Source of the DNA: Candidatus Latescibacterota bacterium
Lineage (GTDB): Bacteria; Latescibacterota; UBA2968; UBA8231
Direction of reading: 5' to 3'
NCBI GenBank assembly: GCA_965203175.1
Contig: OZ241867.1
Location: 4,928,001-4,992,000, forward strand
Length of the DNA: 64,000 bases
Under the pieces are notes generated by a model. It had not been told where the DNA came from. It did not search any database and was given only the letters and a program-made list of their open reading frames with translations. Below, one piece after another: positions 18,303 to 28,061 of this stretch; positions within the stretch are counted from its first letter, which is position 1, and each line of letters starts with the position of its first letter. The position numbers and the translations under genes were made by a program.

Positions 18303-19625
18303 TCACGGCACCTGAACCGATTCTTCGGTGGGCACGTACCGGTTGAGCGCGTCGAGTGGTTGCTTGACATCACTCCACGCAACCTGATGAGGAAGCACAC
18401 CGGTCAGAGCTGCTCGGGCCGCACAGATGCCCGCCGCTTGGCCCATAGCCACGGCATTGCCGGTGACCCGATAGCTCGAATGAGCGATGAAATCCCCGCT
18501 GATGCAGCGCCCGGCCATGAGGAGCCCGTCCACGTCTCGGGCGATCAGTGACCTCAGGGGAATGTCGTAGGGCTGTGACCGATGCGGCTTGGCTTCGACC
18601 GCCTTGGTCTTTGCCGGATCGGTCGAATGCACATCGATCCCCATGGTCACGCGGCAGACAGCGTCGTCGAAACGCGCGCCCTCAAGCAGATCCTTTCCCG
18701 TCACTTCATAGCGACCGTGTATGCGACGCCCTTCCCGCACGCCGATCTGCGCCGCAGTGGATACAATGCGGATACCGGACCAGACCCCGCCTAGCTGCCG
18801 CAGCGCGGCCACCTGCTGGTGGACTTCGCGTCGGCCGCTGATGGTCGCCTGTGTAATTCGGTCCGGATCGTCGCAGGCCACACCGTATTGATGGTTCGAC
18901 ATCAACGCGAACAGGTCGTCGCGGATGCGGAACAGCGTCGGGTGGCCATACGACGGTGCCACGCCAATTTCGCTCATCAGCGCCCCCAAGCGCTCTTTGG
19001 GCTCGCGCAGAGACCCGCCCACATAGGGCTCCACCTCGTTAAAGCGAATGCCCCCGATCAGGGCCATCAGACTCATGGGTTGAACTGCACCTGTTTCCGG
19101 ATGGCCCATGTCGAACCCACAGCCGGCTTGCGCGCCCAGATCGCCGTCGCCGGTCGCATCGATAAAGGCTTTGGCATGCCAGGCTTCTCGCCCTGCCTTC
19201 GACTCCGTGATGACGACTGAAAGCCGATTATCCGAATCGCGTCCCGCTGCCACGACCCGCGTCAGCAGCCGAACATCGACGTCGGCCTCCAGACACATAT
19301 CGTCGAGCAGCCGCTTCATCTCCTCCACATCATAAGCGTAGTTCTTGCCGCCGTCGTGCCGCAGTCGCCTGGCATCGCGCTGATCCAACCGCGCCGTGAT
19401 CTCAGCCATGATCCCCGGCTTATTCGCCGAGTCGATAATCCAGCTAAGCGCTCCCGTGGTCCAAACACCGCCCAAGCAGCCGTGCAACTCGATCAGCCGC
19501 GTCTTTACCCCTTGGCGGGCAGCAGCAAGCGCCGCGGCTACACCCGCAGGTCCCCCACCACAGACGACCACGTCTGTTTCCTCAACGATGGGAACATCCT
19601 GGGCCGGTTCCCGATGCGATCTCAA
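18303..19625 (-). CDS. FAD-dependent oxidoreductase (FAD_oxidored family)
   Basis: DVVVCGGGPAG, IDATGDGDL, GVREGRRI, YDIPLRSL, AGRCISGD; AGGAGG RBS before TTG. Confidence 0.88.
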   Translation of the reverse strand: MRSHREPAQDVPIVEETDVVVCGGGPAGVAAALAAARQGVKTRLIELHGCLGGVWTTGALSWIIDSANKPGIMAEITARLDQRDARRLRHDGGKNYAYDVEEMKRLLDDMCLEADVDVRLLTRVVAAGRDSDNRLSVVITESKAGREAWHAKAFIDATGDGDLGAQAGCGFDMGHPETGAVQPMSLMALIGGIRFNEVEPYVGGSLREPKERLGALMSEIGVAPSYGHPTLFRIRDDLFALMSNHQYGVACDDPDRITQATISGRREVHQQVAALRQLGGVWSGIRIVSTAAQIGVREGRRIHGRYEVTGKDLLEGARFDDAVCRVTMGIDVHSTDPAKTKAVEAKPHRSQPYDIPLRSLIARDVDGLLMAGRCISGDFIAHSSYRVTGNAVAMGQAAGICAARAALTGVLPHQVAWSDVKQPLDALNRYVPTEESVQVP

Positions 19626-19678
19626 GCTCTGTCCTCCTACTTCTGTCCCTGAATTGAATACCTAAGGCCACAGGAGAA

Positions 19679-21139
19679 TCACTGCGGCGTCGCGTTTCCC
19701 GCAAAGGGTCCGTACATGCCCTTCCCCCATTCGATCCGAGCCGTTTCCACCTTTGCGACGACTTTGGGGTCGGCCGGCGCTGATGCGATCTCTGCACCAT
19801 CTTGGGCGATCGCAATCCGGTCACCATCAGCGATGAATTCCAGTGTGGTTTCCCCTGCTCGCCAGGCCACTGGACCCGCGGCGCATCCCAGCTTGCGTAT
19901 CCGGTGCACCGTCCGATACTCGTTCCAGACCTCGTCGTGCAAAAACTCCATTCTCATGTCCCGTTCCGGACAACCCTTCGCACTTGTCGAGATGAAGAGC
20001 GAATCACCCATCGGGGCCAGGCCCGTGGTTCGATTGCCCCAGCCGTTCCAGACGAGCTCTGCGCCGTGCATCTCGTTGTAGCCAGTAACCCGATCTTCCC
20101 AAGGGTGGTTCATCTCGTCCGTGATTGCGGGATGCTCGAACATCCTGCGAACAAAGTGCCATTCGTCGCCGGGGTGGTCGTAGCGCCATAACTCAGCCCA
20201 CGGCCAGACCCCTACGTACACATCTCCCCCGAACAGGCAGGTTGTCTGCGCCTCGCGTACGGCAGTCGAAACACCGGGCATCACCGGCGGCCAATCCTCC
20301 AAGTGACGCAGCGCCGTCCCCTTTTTCACGTATTCCAGCAGGTTCCCAGTCGGATAGTGGCCGATCAGCATCCGATCATACCAGTTCAGCATCGAATAGA
20401 GTTGGTGGCTGACGCCCGTCTGAGACTGGCGAATGATCCTCCATGCCGCGCCGTCAAAGGCGTAGACTCCTCCAACATTCGAGGACTGAATGATCTCGTC
20501 GCCCAACTGCCCGGCGGCGAACGAGGTTTCGCCCGCATAGCGCAGATCCAGCGTAATCGCCTTGTCCAGATCGAGCGGACCGTCGCCCGGCCGCCACGGA
20601 ACCGCATGCAGCTTGCTCCATGCGGGGTCGTTGTTCTGATAGAAAACGAGGTGGCCGTGGGAGTAATAGAAATGGTGGTAATGGCCCTCGTCGGGCTGCA
20701 TCAGGATCTTCGCGCCGTCGCACCATGCCTCGCCGCCCTTGAACTGGAGCAGTTTTCCGGCCAGACGCATCATCCCTTCGCCGCTTGTCGTCTCCTTAAT
20801 GCCAAACCTTTCATCGACAACCCAAGCCTTGGATTCGTCATCGTACCATCGCGCAGTGCGATCGAGCTGACCGCTAAACTGGTAAACCTTGCCGTCGAGG
20901 TCGAACAGATAGTTGCCACCGTCGTCGGATGGAAACGGCAGCTTCTCGTACGTCACCTCTCCGCTGTCGTGACGCACGAAGAACTGCAGCGTCCAACGGT
21001 CCATGCGGAAGTGCGTATTGAAAAGCCCCATGAACCCCGCACCAAACAGCACCCGACCGTCGCTGTCTCGGGCTTCAAACACGGTACCTAGGTTCTGCCC
21101 TAGATCTTCCCCGAAGTTCACCTTTGCAGTAATCTGCAT
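19679..21139 (-). CDS. Hypothetical protein (aromatic-rich, possibly beta-propeller)
   Basis: 486-aa ORF with GAGGA RBS; no family recognised. Confidence 0.7.
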   Translation of the reverse strand: MQITAKVNFGEDLGQNLGTVFEARDSDGRVLFGAGFMGLFNTHFRMDRWTLQFFVRHDSGEVTYEKLPFPSDDGGNYLFDLDGKVYQFSGQLDRTARWYDDESKAWVVDERFGIKETTSGEGMMRLAGKLLQFKGGEAWCDGAKILMQPDEGHYHHFYYSHGHLVFYQNNDPAWSKLHAVPWRPGDGPLDLDKAITLDLRYAGETSFAAGQLGDEIIQSSNVGGVYAFDGAAWRIIRQSQTGVSHQLYSMLNWYDRMLIGHYPTGNLLEYVKKGTALRHLEDWPPVMPGVSTAVREAQTTCLFGGDVYVGVWPWAELWRYDHPGDEWHFVRRMFEHPAITDEMNHPWEDRVTGYNEMHGAELVWNGWGNRTTGLAPMGDSLFISTSAKGCPERDMRMEFLHDEVWNEYRTVHRIRKLGCAAGPVAWRAGETTLEFIADGDRIAIAQDGAEIASAPADPKVVAKVETARIEWGKGMYGPFAGNATPQ

Positions 21140-21277
21140 GCCTATCCTCGTCTTGGTCTAGCTTTTGATTGTTATCCTGGGTGAAGAGGAATGACCTCTA
21201 CGACCTTGGTACGGATTGTTAAGAATAGGTGGGATTATAAAAGGCCTTTAGATGTGTGTCCAGCGGTGTGATTCCCT

Positions 21278-21359
21278 AGCGCCCCAACACAAGCGAGGCC
21301 GTCTCAAAGACACCTACACTGCTTGACCTGACCTCTCAAAGGTCCTTTATAATCCCTAT
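21278..21359 (+). promoter_or_regulatory. Duplicated ~85 bp promoter element, copy B
   Basis: Homologous to 12485-12567; TTGACC-N19-TATAAT with GACCT-N5-AGGTC dyad in the spacer. Confidence 0.65.
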
Positions 21360-21379
21360 CCATAAGGGAGATAGGTAAC

Positions 21380-22381
21380 ATGATTAAACTGGGTATGATC
21401 GGCTGTGGCGGCATGGGGGGTGCTCACATGCGGCGGTTTCACACTCTGAGCGATCGGGTCGCATTGACCGCGGTGGTCGATGTTGTTCCCGAGCGTGCAG
21501 AGGCCGTCGCGCAGCAATTTCCGGGAGCCTGTGTGGCGACAGATTATCGCGAGATTTTAGACTCGGTAGATGCCGTATTGCTCGCGCTACCCCACCATTT
21601 GCACGCTTCCGTAGGACAGGCGTGTCTCAATGCGGGCGTCCATGTCTTGCTCGAAAAACCCATGGCCAATAGTGAAGCCGCCTGCCAAGAACTGATGGAA
21701 GCATCTGCAACCTCGGGCAAGGTGCTGATGATTGCGTATTGCATGCGCTTTCATCCCATTGTCCAGCGTTTGCAAGCACTATTAGATGAAGGCGCGTACG
21801 GCGATGTATTTCAAGTGTCGATCTGGACCGAGCAACTCACTCGCTACCCCCCCGATCACTGGGCTTCGAGCCAAGAGCGCTTGGGCGGCGGGCAGTTGTT
21901 TAGTCACGGCTGTCATTACATCGATTTGCTGCTCTGGTTTTTGGGCCGACCCGTGCAGGGCATGCACATGGGTACCAATTTTGGCACGCCGTGGATGGAG
22001 CGCGAAGGCACGAGCAATGTGACGATGGAATTTGCCGATGGCCGCCTAGGGTATCACTTCGGCACTTGGGGCGCGCGGGGCACCCGATTGCGCTACTCAA
22101 TCCACGCGCATTGCACCGAAGGTATGCTCGACGCCGATATCTCCGGCGGCAAACTCGTGCATATCCTACGCGGTCAAGAGGAAGTTTTGTTCGAAGCAGA
22201 GCCGGGCAAACACACGGAAAACGAGATGGCCCATTTCCTCGATTGCATTGAAACCGGTCAAACGCCGCTGACCGATGGCAAAAGCAGCTTGCAGGGCCTG
22301 CGCGTGATCTGGCGGCTATACGAAGCCGAGCAAGCAGGGCATATTGCAGATTTGACGGGCTTGGGTTTGGACGAGGCCTGA
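21380..22381 (+). CDS. Gfo/Idh/MocA family oxidoreductase
   Basis: GMIGCGGMG, HVLLEKPM, GGGQL..GCHYID. Confidence 0.92.
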   Translation: MIKLGMIGCGGMGGAHMRRFHTLSDRVALTAVVDVVPERAEAVAQQFPGACVATDYREILDSVDAVLLALPHHLHASVGQACLNAGVHVLLEKPMANSEAACQELMEASATSGKVLMIAYCMRFHPIVQRLQALLDEGAYGDVFQVSIWTEQLTRYPPDHWASSQERLGGGQLFSHGCHYIDLLLWFLGRPVQGMHMGTNFGTPWMEREGTSNVTMEFADGRLGYHFGTWGARGTRLRYSIHAHCTEGMLDADISGGKLVHILRGQEEVLFEAEPGKHTENEMAHFLDCIETGQTPLTDGKSSLQGLRVIWRLYEAEQAGHIADLTGLGLDEA

Positions 22382-22388
22382 CCTGCGA

Positions 22389-23456
22389 CTACGCACTGTA
22401 TTGCTCAATCTTTGCTTCGTCCACTTCAACGCCCAATCCCGGTCCCAACGGCACGCGGATGCGTCCATTTTCAAACTGCAACGGTTTGGCCAGCACATCA
22501 TCCGTCAGGCCGTGGTAGCAGGTGTCGTTTGGTCCAGAAAAATTGGGGGTTGCTGCCGCGATATGCGTAATAGCGGCGGTCTTGAGTCCAAGGTCGTGCG
22601 AACAGTGCATCAGGCATGGCACGTCATACGCCCCTGCGACAGTAGCGACTTTCTTGACAGGTAGCACTCCACCCGCCGCTGGGGTGTCTGGCATCAGCAT
22701 ATCAGCGACCTCGTTGGCGAGCAGGTTCACAACGGCGTCCGCAGTGCTAACGCCCGTGTTCACCAAGATTCCCATGCCGATTTCCGTCCGGCACCGGATT
22801 AGCGCGTCGGGGTACTCGGGCGAGCACGGGTCTTCAAAATAGCGAATCCCAAGGTCTTTCATTTTTCGCATTGTAACTTCTGCCTCTTCGGGGGAATACC
22901 CGCTGTTTGCATCTGGGCGGAGTATGGCTTGGTCGCCAACAGCGGCTTGTATCGCCTCGGCTATCTGCAGGTCCTGTTCGGAGTCGTCCCCCGCTTTTGT
23001 TTTTAAGAAGCGAAACCCCCACCGCTCCATGTACTCGCGGGCGGTTGCCGCGGACTCCGATGGGGCCTTGAGTCCCATGCAGGCGCAGAAGTCCACTTCC
23101 TCCCGCACCACACCGCCGAGCAGTTTACAGACCGGCAAATCCGCTCCCTTGCCCATGGCATCCCAAAGTGCCATCTCAATACCAGACATCGGGCCTTTGC
23201 TGATGCCCCCTGCTTCCAGCGCTGCGATGGCCCCTTCGATATTGGCCACATCTTTGCCCGCCAGAATTGCGTTTGGGTCCGTTTCGAACCTGCCCGTTCC
23301 TTCGCCCCAACCCACTACATCCGCGTCTGTTTCTATTTTCACAATGAGTCCCGCTGCGCCCAAAGTGCCGCTACCACCACCGCGCCCGACGTAAGGGCCA
23401 ACGGGAGAAGCGTATGGGATTGTGACGCTGGTTCCTATAATCCGCTTGATCTTCAT
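22389..23456 (-). CDS. Mandelate racemase/muconate lactonizing enzyme family protein
   Basis: IEMALWDAMGK, KTK, PDANSGY, FEDP, GPGLGVEVD; start MKIK with GAGG RBS. Confidence 0.88.
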   Translation of the reverse strand: MKIKRIIGTSVTIPYASPVGPYVGRGGGSGTLGAAGLIVKIETDADVVGWGEGTGRFETDPNAILAGKDVANIEGAIAALEAGGISKGPMSGIEMALWDAMGKGADLPVCKLLGGVVREEVDFCACMGLKAPSESAATAREYMERWGFRFLKTKAGDDSEQDLQIAEAIQAAVGDQAILRPDANSGYSPEEAEVTMRKMKDLGIRYFEDPCSPEYPDALIRCRTEIGMGILVNTGVSTADAVVNLLANEVADMLMPDTPAAGGVLPVKKVATVAGAYDVPCLMHCSHDLGLKTAAITHIAAATPNFSGPNDTCYHGLTDDVLAKPLQFENGRIRVPLGPGLGVEVDEAKIEQYSA

Positions 23457-23642
23457 TTTCGCACCTCGAAATAAGATTTGTGGTTTCCGCTTGGCGTAGC
23501 CTAACACCCTTCGTGCCTTGTTGTCAATGTTTGGCTGGTTCCTGTTGACGAGTGTTCGGGGGGCGTTACCTTACGGGAAGACTTCACGGGTGCATCGAAC
23601 GCAGCGCAAAACCAACCTTCTACGGAGGTCGATCCGCCGGTA

Positions 23643-24458
23643 ATGATGATCTCGGAAAAAGACAAAGAGACGTACGCCGAGCAAGGGTTTCTCGTTCTGC
23701 GTCAAGCCTTTACTCAAACTCGCATCGCGACACTGCTCGAAGGGATCGAACGCCTGATCGACAAGGGGCTTGCGGGAGAGTGCGAGATAGGCTGGATTGA
23801 CCGCGAGCGCCGTCTGCCGTCCCGCACTGGCCACCTGCTCAACCCCGATAAGTACCACCCTGCCTTCGCCGATTGGATCGACGCGGATCTCGCACCCCAT
23901 CTCGAAGCCCTCGTCTCCGGCCCGAGAGTGCGTCACAGCCTGTTCGGCATGCTCGCCAGCGGCGGCGAGAAGCCCTACACCCAGAATTGGCACCGCGACC
24001 TCTGCAAACCGGGCGACGAGGAAGAAACCGCGTACCTGCGCCGACACGAGGGCACCTTCGTACAGTTCAACGCCCCGCTCGTTTCCGGAGACCGCTTCCT
24101 CAATATCGTCCCCGGGAGTCACCTGCGAGCGTCGACTGCCGCGGAAATCGAAGCGTCCCGCAACGAATCGGGAGACATGCCCAACGCCCACGTCGTCGAA
24201 CTGGAACCGGGCGACATCGCCTACTACAACGCCAACCTCTGGCACCGAGGCTGGAACCCAGAGGGACGCAAGCGCTGGACCATGCACTGCGCCTTCTGGA
24301 GCGCTGGGACGAAGGTGATGACGCACGAGTACGGACAGCGCGAACAACTGACCCAACAGGGGCATCTAGAGCAAATGCCCCCCATTACGCGGCAGTACAT
24401 ACAGAGCTACCTCGACAACTATCCCGAGGCAGACCCGCCCTCCATGTTCGACCTGTAG
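23643..24458 (+). CDS. PhyH family dioxygenase
   Basis: WHRD, VPGSH, PGDI...WHRG. Confidence 0.85.
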   Translation: MMISEKDKETYAEQGFLVLRQAFTQTRIATLLEGIERLIDKGLAGECEIGWIDRERRLPSRTGHLLNPDKYHPAFADWIDADLAPHLEALVSGPRVRHSLFGMLASGGEKPYTQNWHRDLCKPGDEEETAYLRRHEGTFVQFNAPLVSGDRFLNIVPGSHLRASTAAEIEASRNESGDMPNAHVVELEPGDIAYYNANLWHRGWNPEGRKRWTMHCAFWSAGTKVMTHEYGQREQLTQQGHLEQMPPITRQYIQSYLDNYPEADPPSMFDL

Positions 24459-24517
24459 CCATAGCTTGATCGTCCAACCAGGTCTTGCTTCGTCCGCGAT
24501 GAGTTCGGGATTTGGTT

Positions 24518-25639
24518 CTATGTAGGCCCCTCCTGTGGCGGCGCTTCCGTTCCTTTGGCTTTCAAATGGTGTTTGATATGAACGTCTCTCTGGTTGTCGG
24601 TCTTCCTGATACTTTGCGTTGCGTCAACGTTAACTGAGTAACCCAACCCCACCATCTCAGCTTCATCGAGAATCACTCTCGCCGCCTTCGCCAACGCAAA
24701 TGCTCTTTCCGTGTCGATCATCGCGCTCATGCCGCGTCCGCCAACGTTCGCCTCGAAGTATCTCCACTTGTTGAAGGTGTGACGTCCATTCCTGAGCACT
24801 TCTTTAACTTCGGTGAAGTCGGCTTCGATCCGCACTCTACTGTCTAAGGGTAAGTCGCGGTACAATCGGAATAGGTCGTGGCTCTTCCTAGCTTCATCCT
24901 TCCGGGTCAAGCGTATGGCTTTCATCGCCAACTCGCACGCAAAGGCGGCCATCATTGCAACCGTCATCGTGGAACCCATCCTCTTCATCAGTTCGTATTC
25001 GTGGGTCTTGGAATGTTCGCCTAGCTCTTTCTCAGACAGGTAAATCGTTGCACTACCATCGTCGTTCACATCAAAGTCCGAGAAACGGGCTACGGACATC
25101 TCTCTCGGTAGCCGCTCTACTCCCGACATCAAGACTCTAGCCTGCAGAAAGAAGAATCCCGCCGACCCGGCTGGAAAGTCACTTCGAGTCAGCCATCCGT
25201 CCTTGTTTCCCTCGGACGCCTGTACCTCGACACGTTGAAGAAACTCCTCACGTGTTTGACGATCCATGTGATGGAAGACCTTTTGGACGAACGTTGAGTC
25301 ATCGCTGTACTTAGGGGCGTGTCCCCAGCCCATATTCAACATATTTAATCCACTCTCTTTTGACATTCGCTCATATTCGTCCTTGGCGTCGTCCCCTTCC
25401 AGGAGCAAACCGCATACGCGACACCGAATTCCCGTCAGTAAGTGCTCATCATCTTTCCTACCGATTAGCCCTCCCCAGCAGCGCTTGCACCGCCCCTTCA
25501 ACCTAGCTCTCCTTTCGTTTCCAGGCCTAAAACTCCCTAAATTCATCCACATATCATCCAAGTCCCAGTTCCATTCGATCTTTATCGGTCCGAGGGGCCT
25601 CGGCGCGTCAGTCTGCTCACTGGAGTCCTTATCCATCAT
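24518..25639 (-). CDS. Putative Zn-ribbon + HEPN-like domain protein
   Basis: CKRC...CRVC; FACELAMKA...RKSHDLFRLY...WRYF. Confidence 0.6.
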   Translation of the reverse strand: MMDKDSSEQTDAPRPLGPIKIEWNWDLDDMWMNLGSFRPGNERRARLKGRCKRCWGGLIGRKDDEHLLTGIRCRVCGLLLEGDDAKDEYERMSKESGLNMLNMGWGHAPKYSDDSTFVQKVFHHMDRQTREEFLQRVEVQASEGNKDGWLTRSDFPAGSAGFFFLQARVLMSGVERLPREMSVARFSDFDVNDDGSATIYLSEKELGEHSKTHEYELMKRMGSTMTVAMMAAFACELAMKAIRLTRKDEARKSHDLFRLYRDLPLDSRVRIEADFTEVKEVLRNGRHTFNKWRYFEANVGGRGMSAMIDTERAFALAKAARVILDEAEMVGLGYSVNVDATQSIRKTDNQRDVHIKHHLKAKGTEAPPQEGPT

Positions 25640-25901
25640 TGTTGCTTCCTTTCCTAATTCGGTTGAATGTTGGCTTACTCGCCCTGCCTAGTTGTACCGG
25701 CAGATGTTGATCAGCGCTTGGCTCGGCTGCTGCGAGCCCTATCGAAAAACAGGGAGCCTACCCTGCCCTTCGGGTGCGTTCAGCACCTTGAGAGAAGCCC
25801 CCAAAAGCTCCTTATTTTACCTACACGCTATAAAAATTGATGCGGCAGATTTTGTTTGCAAACCCGATGCAGTAGTGATATGCGATACTGTGATGGCATA
25901 A

Positions 25902-26046
25902 GAAGCTGTCTGAAAACTAGGGTTTCGGTCTCTCACTCGGCTCAAAGTATCTAGGACCGAGGGCGTTTCGCCCTATGAAAAACGCTTGGCACCAGGGCCG
26001 GTCGACAGCCCGAAAAGCAGCCCGAGGGGAGTCTTCAGACGGCTTC
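25902..26046. mobile_element. MITE (145 bp, non-autonomous)
   Basis: TIR GAAGCTGTCTGAAAACT / AGTCTTCAGACGGCTTC (15/17 match), flanked by TAA...TAA direct repeat. Confidence 0.75.
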
Positions 26047-26105
26047 TAAGAGGCTTCGGCATTTTAGTATTATTATTTTGCACGGTGAAACGGAGATAGA
26101 CGGCA

Positions 26106-27047
26106 ATGAGTGCAAAATACGAATGGATCTGCGTCACTGAGAGCGCGGCCTTCGCGGCGCGCGATGGTGCTGGCGCACTGGTGTTCCAAGATAAAATGTG
26201 GCTACTGGGCGGCTGGAATCCCGGCGATAAAGTCCACTTCCCGCTGATCTGCAACAGCGAGGTCTGGTCGTCGGTCGATGGCACCTCCTGGACGCTTGAG
26301 AATCCCCAAGCGCCCTGGGAAGGAAGGCATACAGCCGGATATGTGGTGCACAACGACCGGATGTGGATCGTGGGCGGCGATTGCAATCAAGGCCATTATC
26401 AGAACGATGTCTGGAGCAGTGCGGACGGTATTCATTGGGCTCTAGCTAATGATCACGTGCCGTGGGCTCCCCGAGTGCTTCATTATACCCTGGCCTTCGA
26501 CGGCAGAATCTGGGTTATGGGTGGGCAAACCATTCCCAATTTTGCCGACGCTGACGAGGTCTTCCACAACGACGTGTGGAGTTCGGAAGATGGGGTAAAC
26601 TGGACCCGAGTTACCGAGAGTGCTCCGTGGGTGCCCAGAGGGATGATCGGCGGAGCCGCTGTGCACGACAACAGGATGTGGATTCTGGGTGGAGGCACAT
26701 ACGATACGCCTGCAACTCCCATGCGCAATTTCTACAATGATGTGTGGAGTTCGGACGACGGGATTAACTGGAAACAGCACACAGCGCACGCCCCGTGGAC
26801 GCCCAGACAATACCACGAGGTGGCCGCGTTCGATGACCATCTGTGGGTGTTAGAAGGCTACGCGGCAGAGAGCGGTAATCGTCGCGATGTGTGGTATTCA
26901 CCCGATGGCGTAAACTGGACCGAATTGCCCGATACCCCTTGGGCACCTCGCCATGCCGGGAGCGTGTTCGTGTACGACGGGTCGCTGTGGATGGTGGCGG
27001 GGAATAATATGGAGCCAGATGCTTGGAGGCTTACGCGCAGGAAATAG
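26106..27047 (+). CDS. Kelch-like beta-propeller protein
   Basis: Repeats of APW.PR...MW..GG...NDVWSS.DG..W. Confidence 0.85.
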   Translation: MSAKYEWICVTESAAFAARDGAGALVFQDKMWLLGGWNPGDKVHFPLICNSEVWSSVDGTSWTLENPQAPWEGRHTAGYVVHNDRMWIVGGDCNQGHYQNDVWSSADGIHWALANDHVPWAPRVLHYTLAFDGRIWVMGGQTIPNFADADEVFHNDVWSSEDGVNWTRVTESAPWVPRGMIGGAAVHDNRMWILGGGTYDTPATPMRNFYNDVWSSDDGINWKQHTAHAPWTPRQYHEVAAFDDHLWVLEGYAAESGNRRDVWYSPDGVNWTELPDTPWAPRHAGSVFVYDGSLWMVAGNNMEPDAWRLTRRK

Positions 27048-27054
27048 GTGTCTT

Positions 27055-27900
27055 ATGGACCGCAGAATGGAAGAATACCGCGCTCAGGGTTATACCGTAT
27101 TCGAGGGGCTGTACGACGAAGCCACCATGCAGGCCTGGCGCGCCGAGCAGGATCGGCTACAAACCATCTCCACGAAGGGACCCGGCGTGCAAGAACCGAC
27201 CACTTGGTTCGGCAATATGCTCGAACGAGCGCCGCAATTGATGTGGCCAGCAGTGGCTCATCCGGCCATTCTCGACTTTGCCGAGCAAGTGGTGGGACCT
27301 TTCGTGCAACTCGACAACCTCACCTTAGCCGCCTTTCCCTCCATGGATCCGGAAGAAGCCGCTGGCAAGGTCAGTGCTTGGCACCGAGATCGCTGGGCTC
27401 GCATGCCCAACGGCGCGTACGAACGCCCGCTGGCCTTTAATGCTATCTGCTATCTGCAGGACCTGGACGACGAGTACGGCCCACTCAGAGTGCTGCCCGG
27501 TTCTCACGTCGAACCCATCGCCTTAGCCGAAGAAGAAATCCGCAAGCCGCACCAAGACGAACTGTTGATCTACATGAAAGCCGGCGATGTGGTTTTGACC
27601 CACAATGGCCTGCTGCACTCGGGGACGCCCAATACCTCGGGACGCAAGCGCTACTTCTTCAGTGTGTACTACAATATCTCCTGGCTCAAACACACGGATA
27701 CGTTCACCGGACCCAACTGCCAACAACTCATCAATTGGGCCCGGAGCCGACAGGACCACCGGGCCCTACGCTTGCTGGGTCAAGACGAGCACTTGCAGAG
27801 CCGCGCCAACAGCGGTTTCCAGCAACCCGACGAAGCGCGCTGGCGTCAGTGGGCCCAAGCCGACCAACAAGCAATGGAAGAGGCCACCATGCAAGAATAG
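27055..27900 (+). CDS. PhyH family dioxygenase
   Basis: WHRD, GPLRVLPGSH, AGDV...LHSG. Confidence 0.85.
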   Translation: MDRRMEEYRAQGYTVFEGLYDEATMQAWRAEQDRLQTISTKGPGVQEPTTWFGNMLERAPQLMWPAVAHPAILDFAEQVVGPFVQLDNLTLAAFPSMDPEEAAGKVSAWHRDRWARMPNGAYERPLAFNAICYLQDLDDEYGPLRVLPGSHVEPIALAEEEIRKPHQDELLIYMKAGDVVLTHNGLLHSGTPNTSGRKRYFFSVYYNISWLKHTDTFTGPNCQQLINWARSRQDHRALRLLGQDEHLQSRANSGFQQPDEARWRQWAQADQQAMEEATMQE

Positions 27901-27936
27901 TTCGGTTTCGGTCTCCCGTCAAAACGACGGAGGACA

Positions 27937-27973
27937 CGATGTTAGCTTTCAAACTACCTAAACCGAGTGTGAC
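27937..27973 (+). repeat. Duplicated 5' end of the acyltransferase gene (MLAFKLPKPSVT)
   Basis: Near-identical to 30206-30242; preceded by GGAGG RBS. Confidence 0.8.
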
Positions 27974-28061
27974 AGCGCGGCGGTTGTCGCCGAAAGCGGG
28001 AACGCGGTGGCAGTATAGGAAGGGGAGAGTTGGCTCGTCAGCCAATACCTCTTTATCCTCC

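Noticed and set aside
23571-24365. Long antisense ORFs (e.g. 23571-24365, 9606-10475, 20303-21091, 61829-62599)
   Set aside because: Shadow frames of well-supported genes, expected in GC-rich DNA.
27904-27915. 12-bp match GGTTTCGGTCTC shared with the MITE interior (25921)
   Set aside because: Too short and no flanking homology; may be chance.
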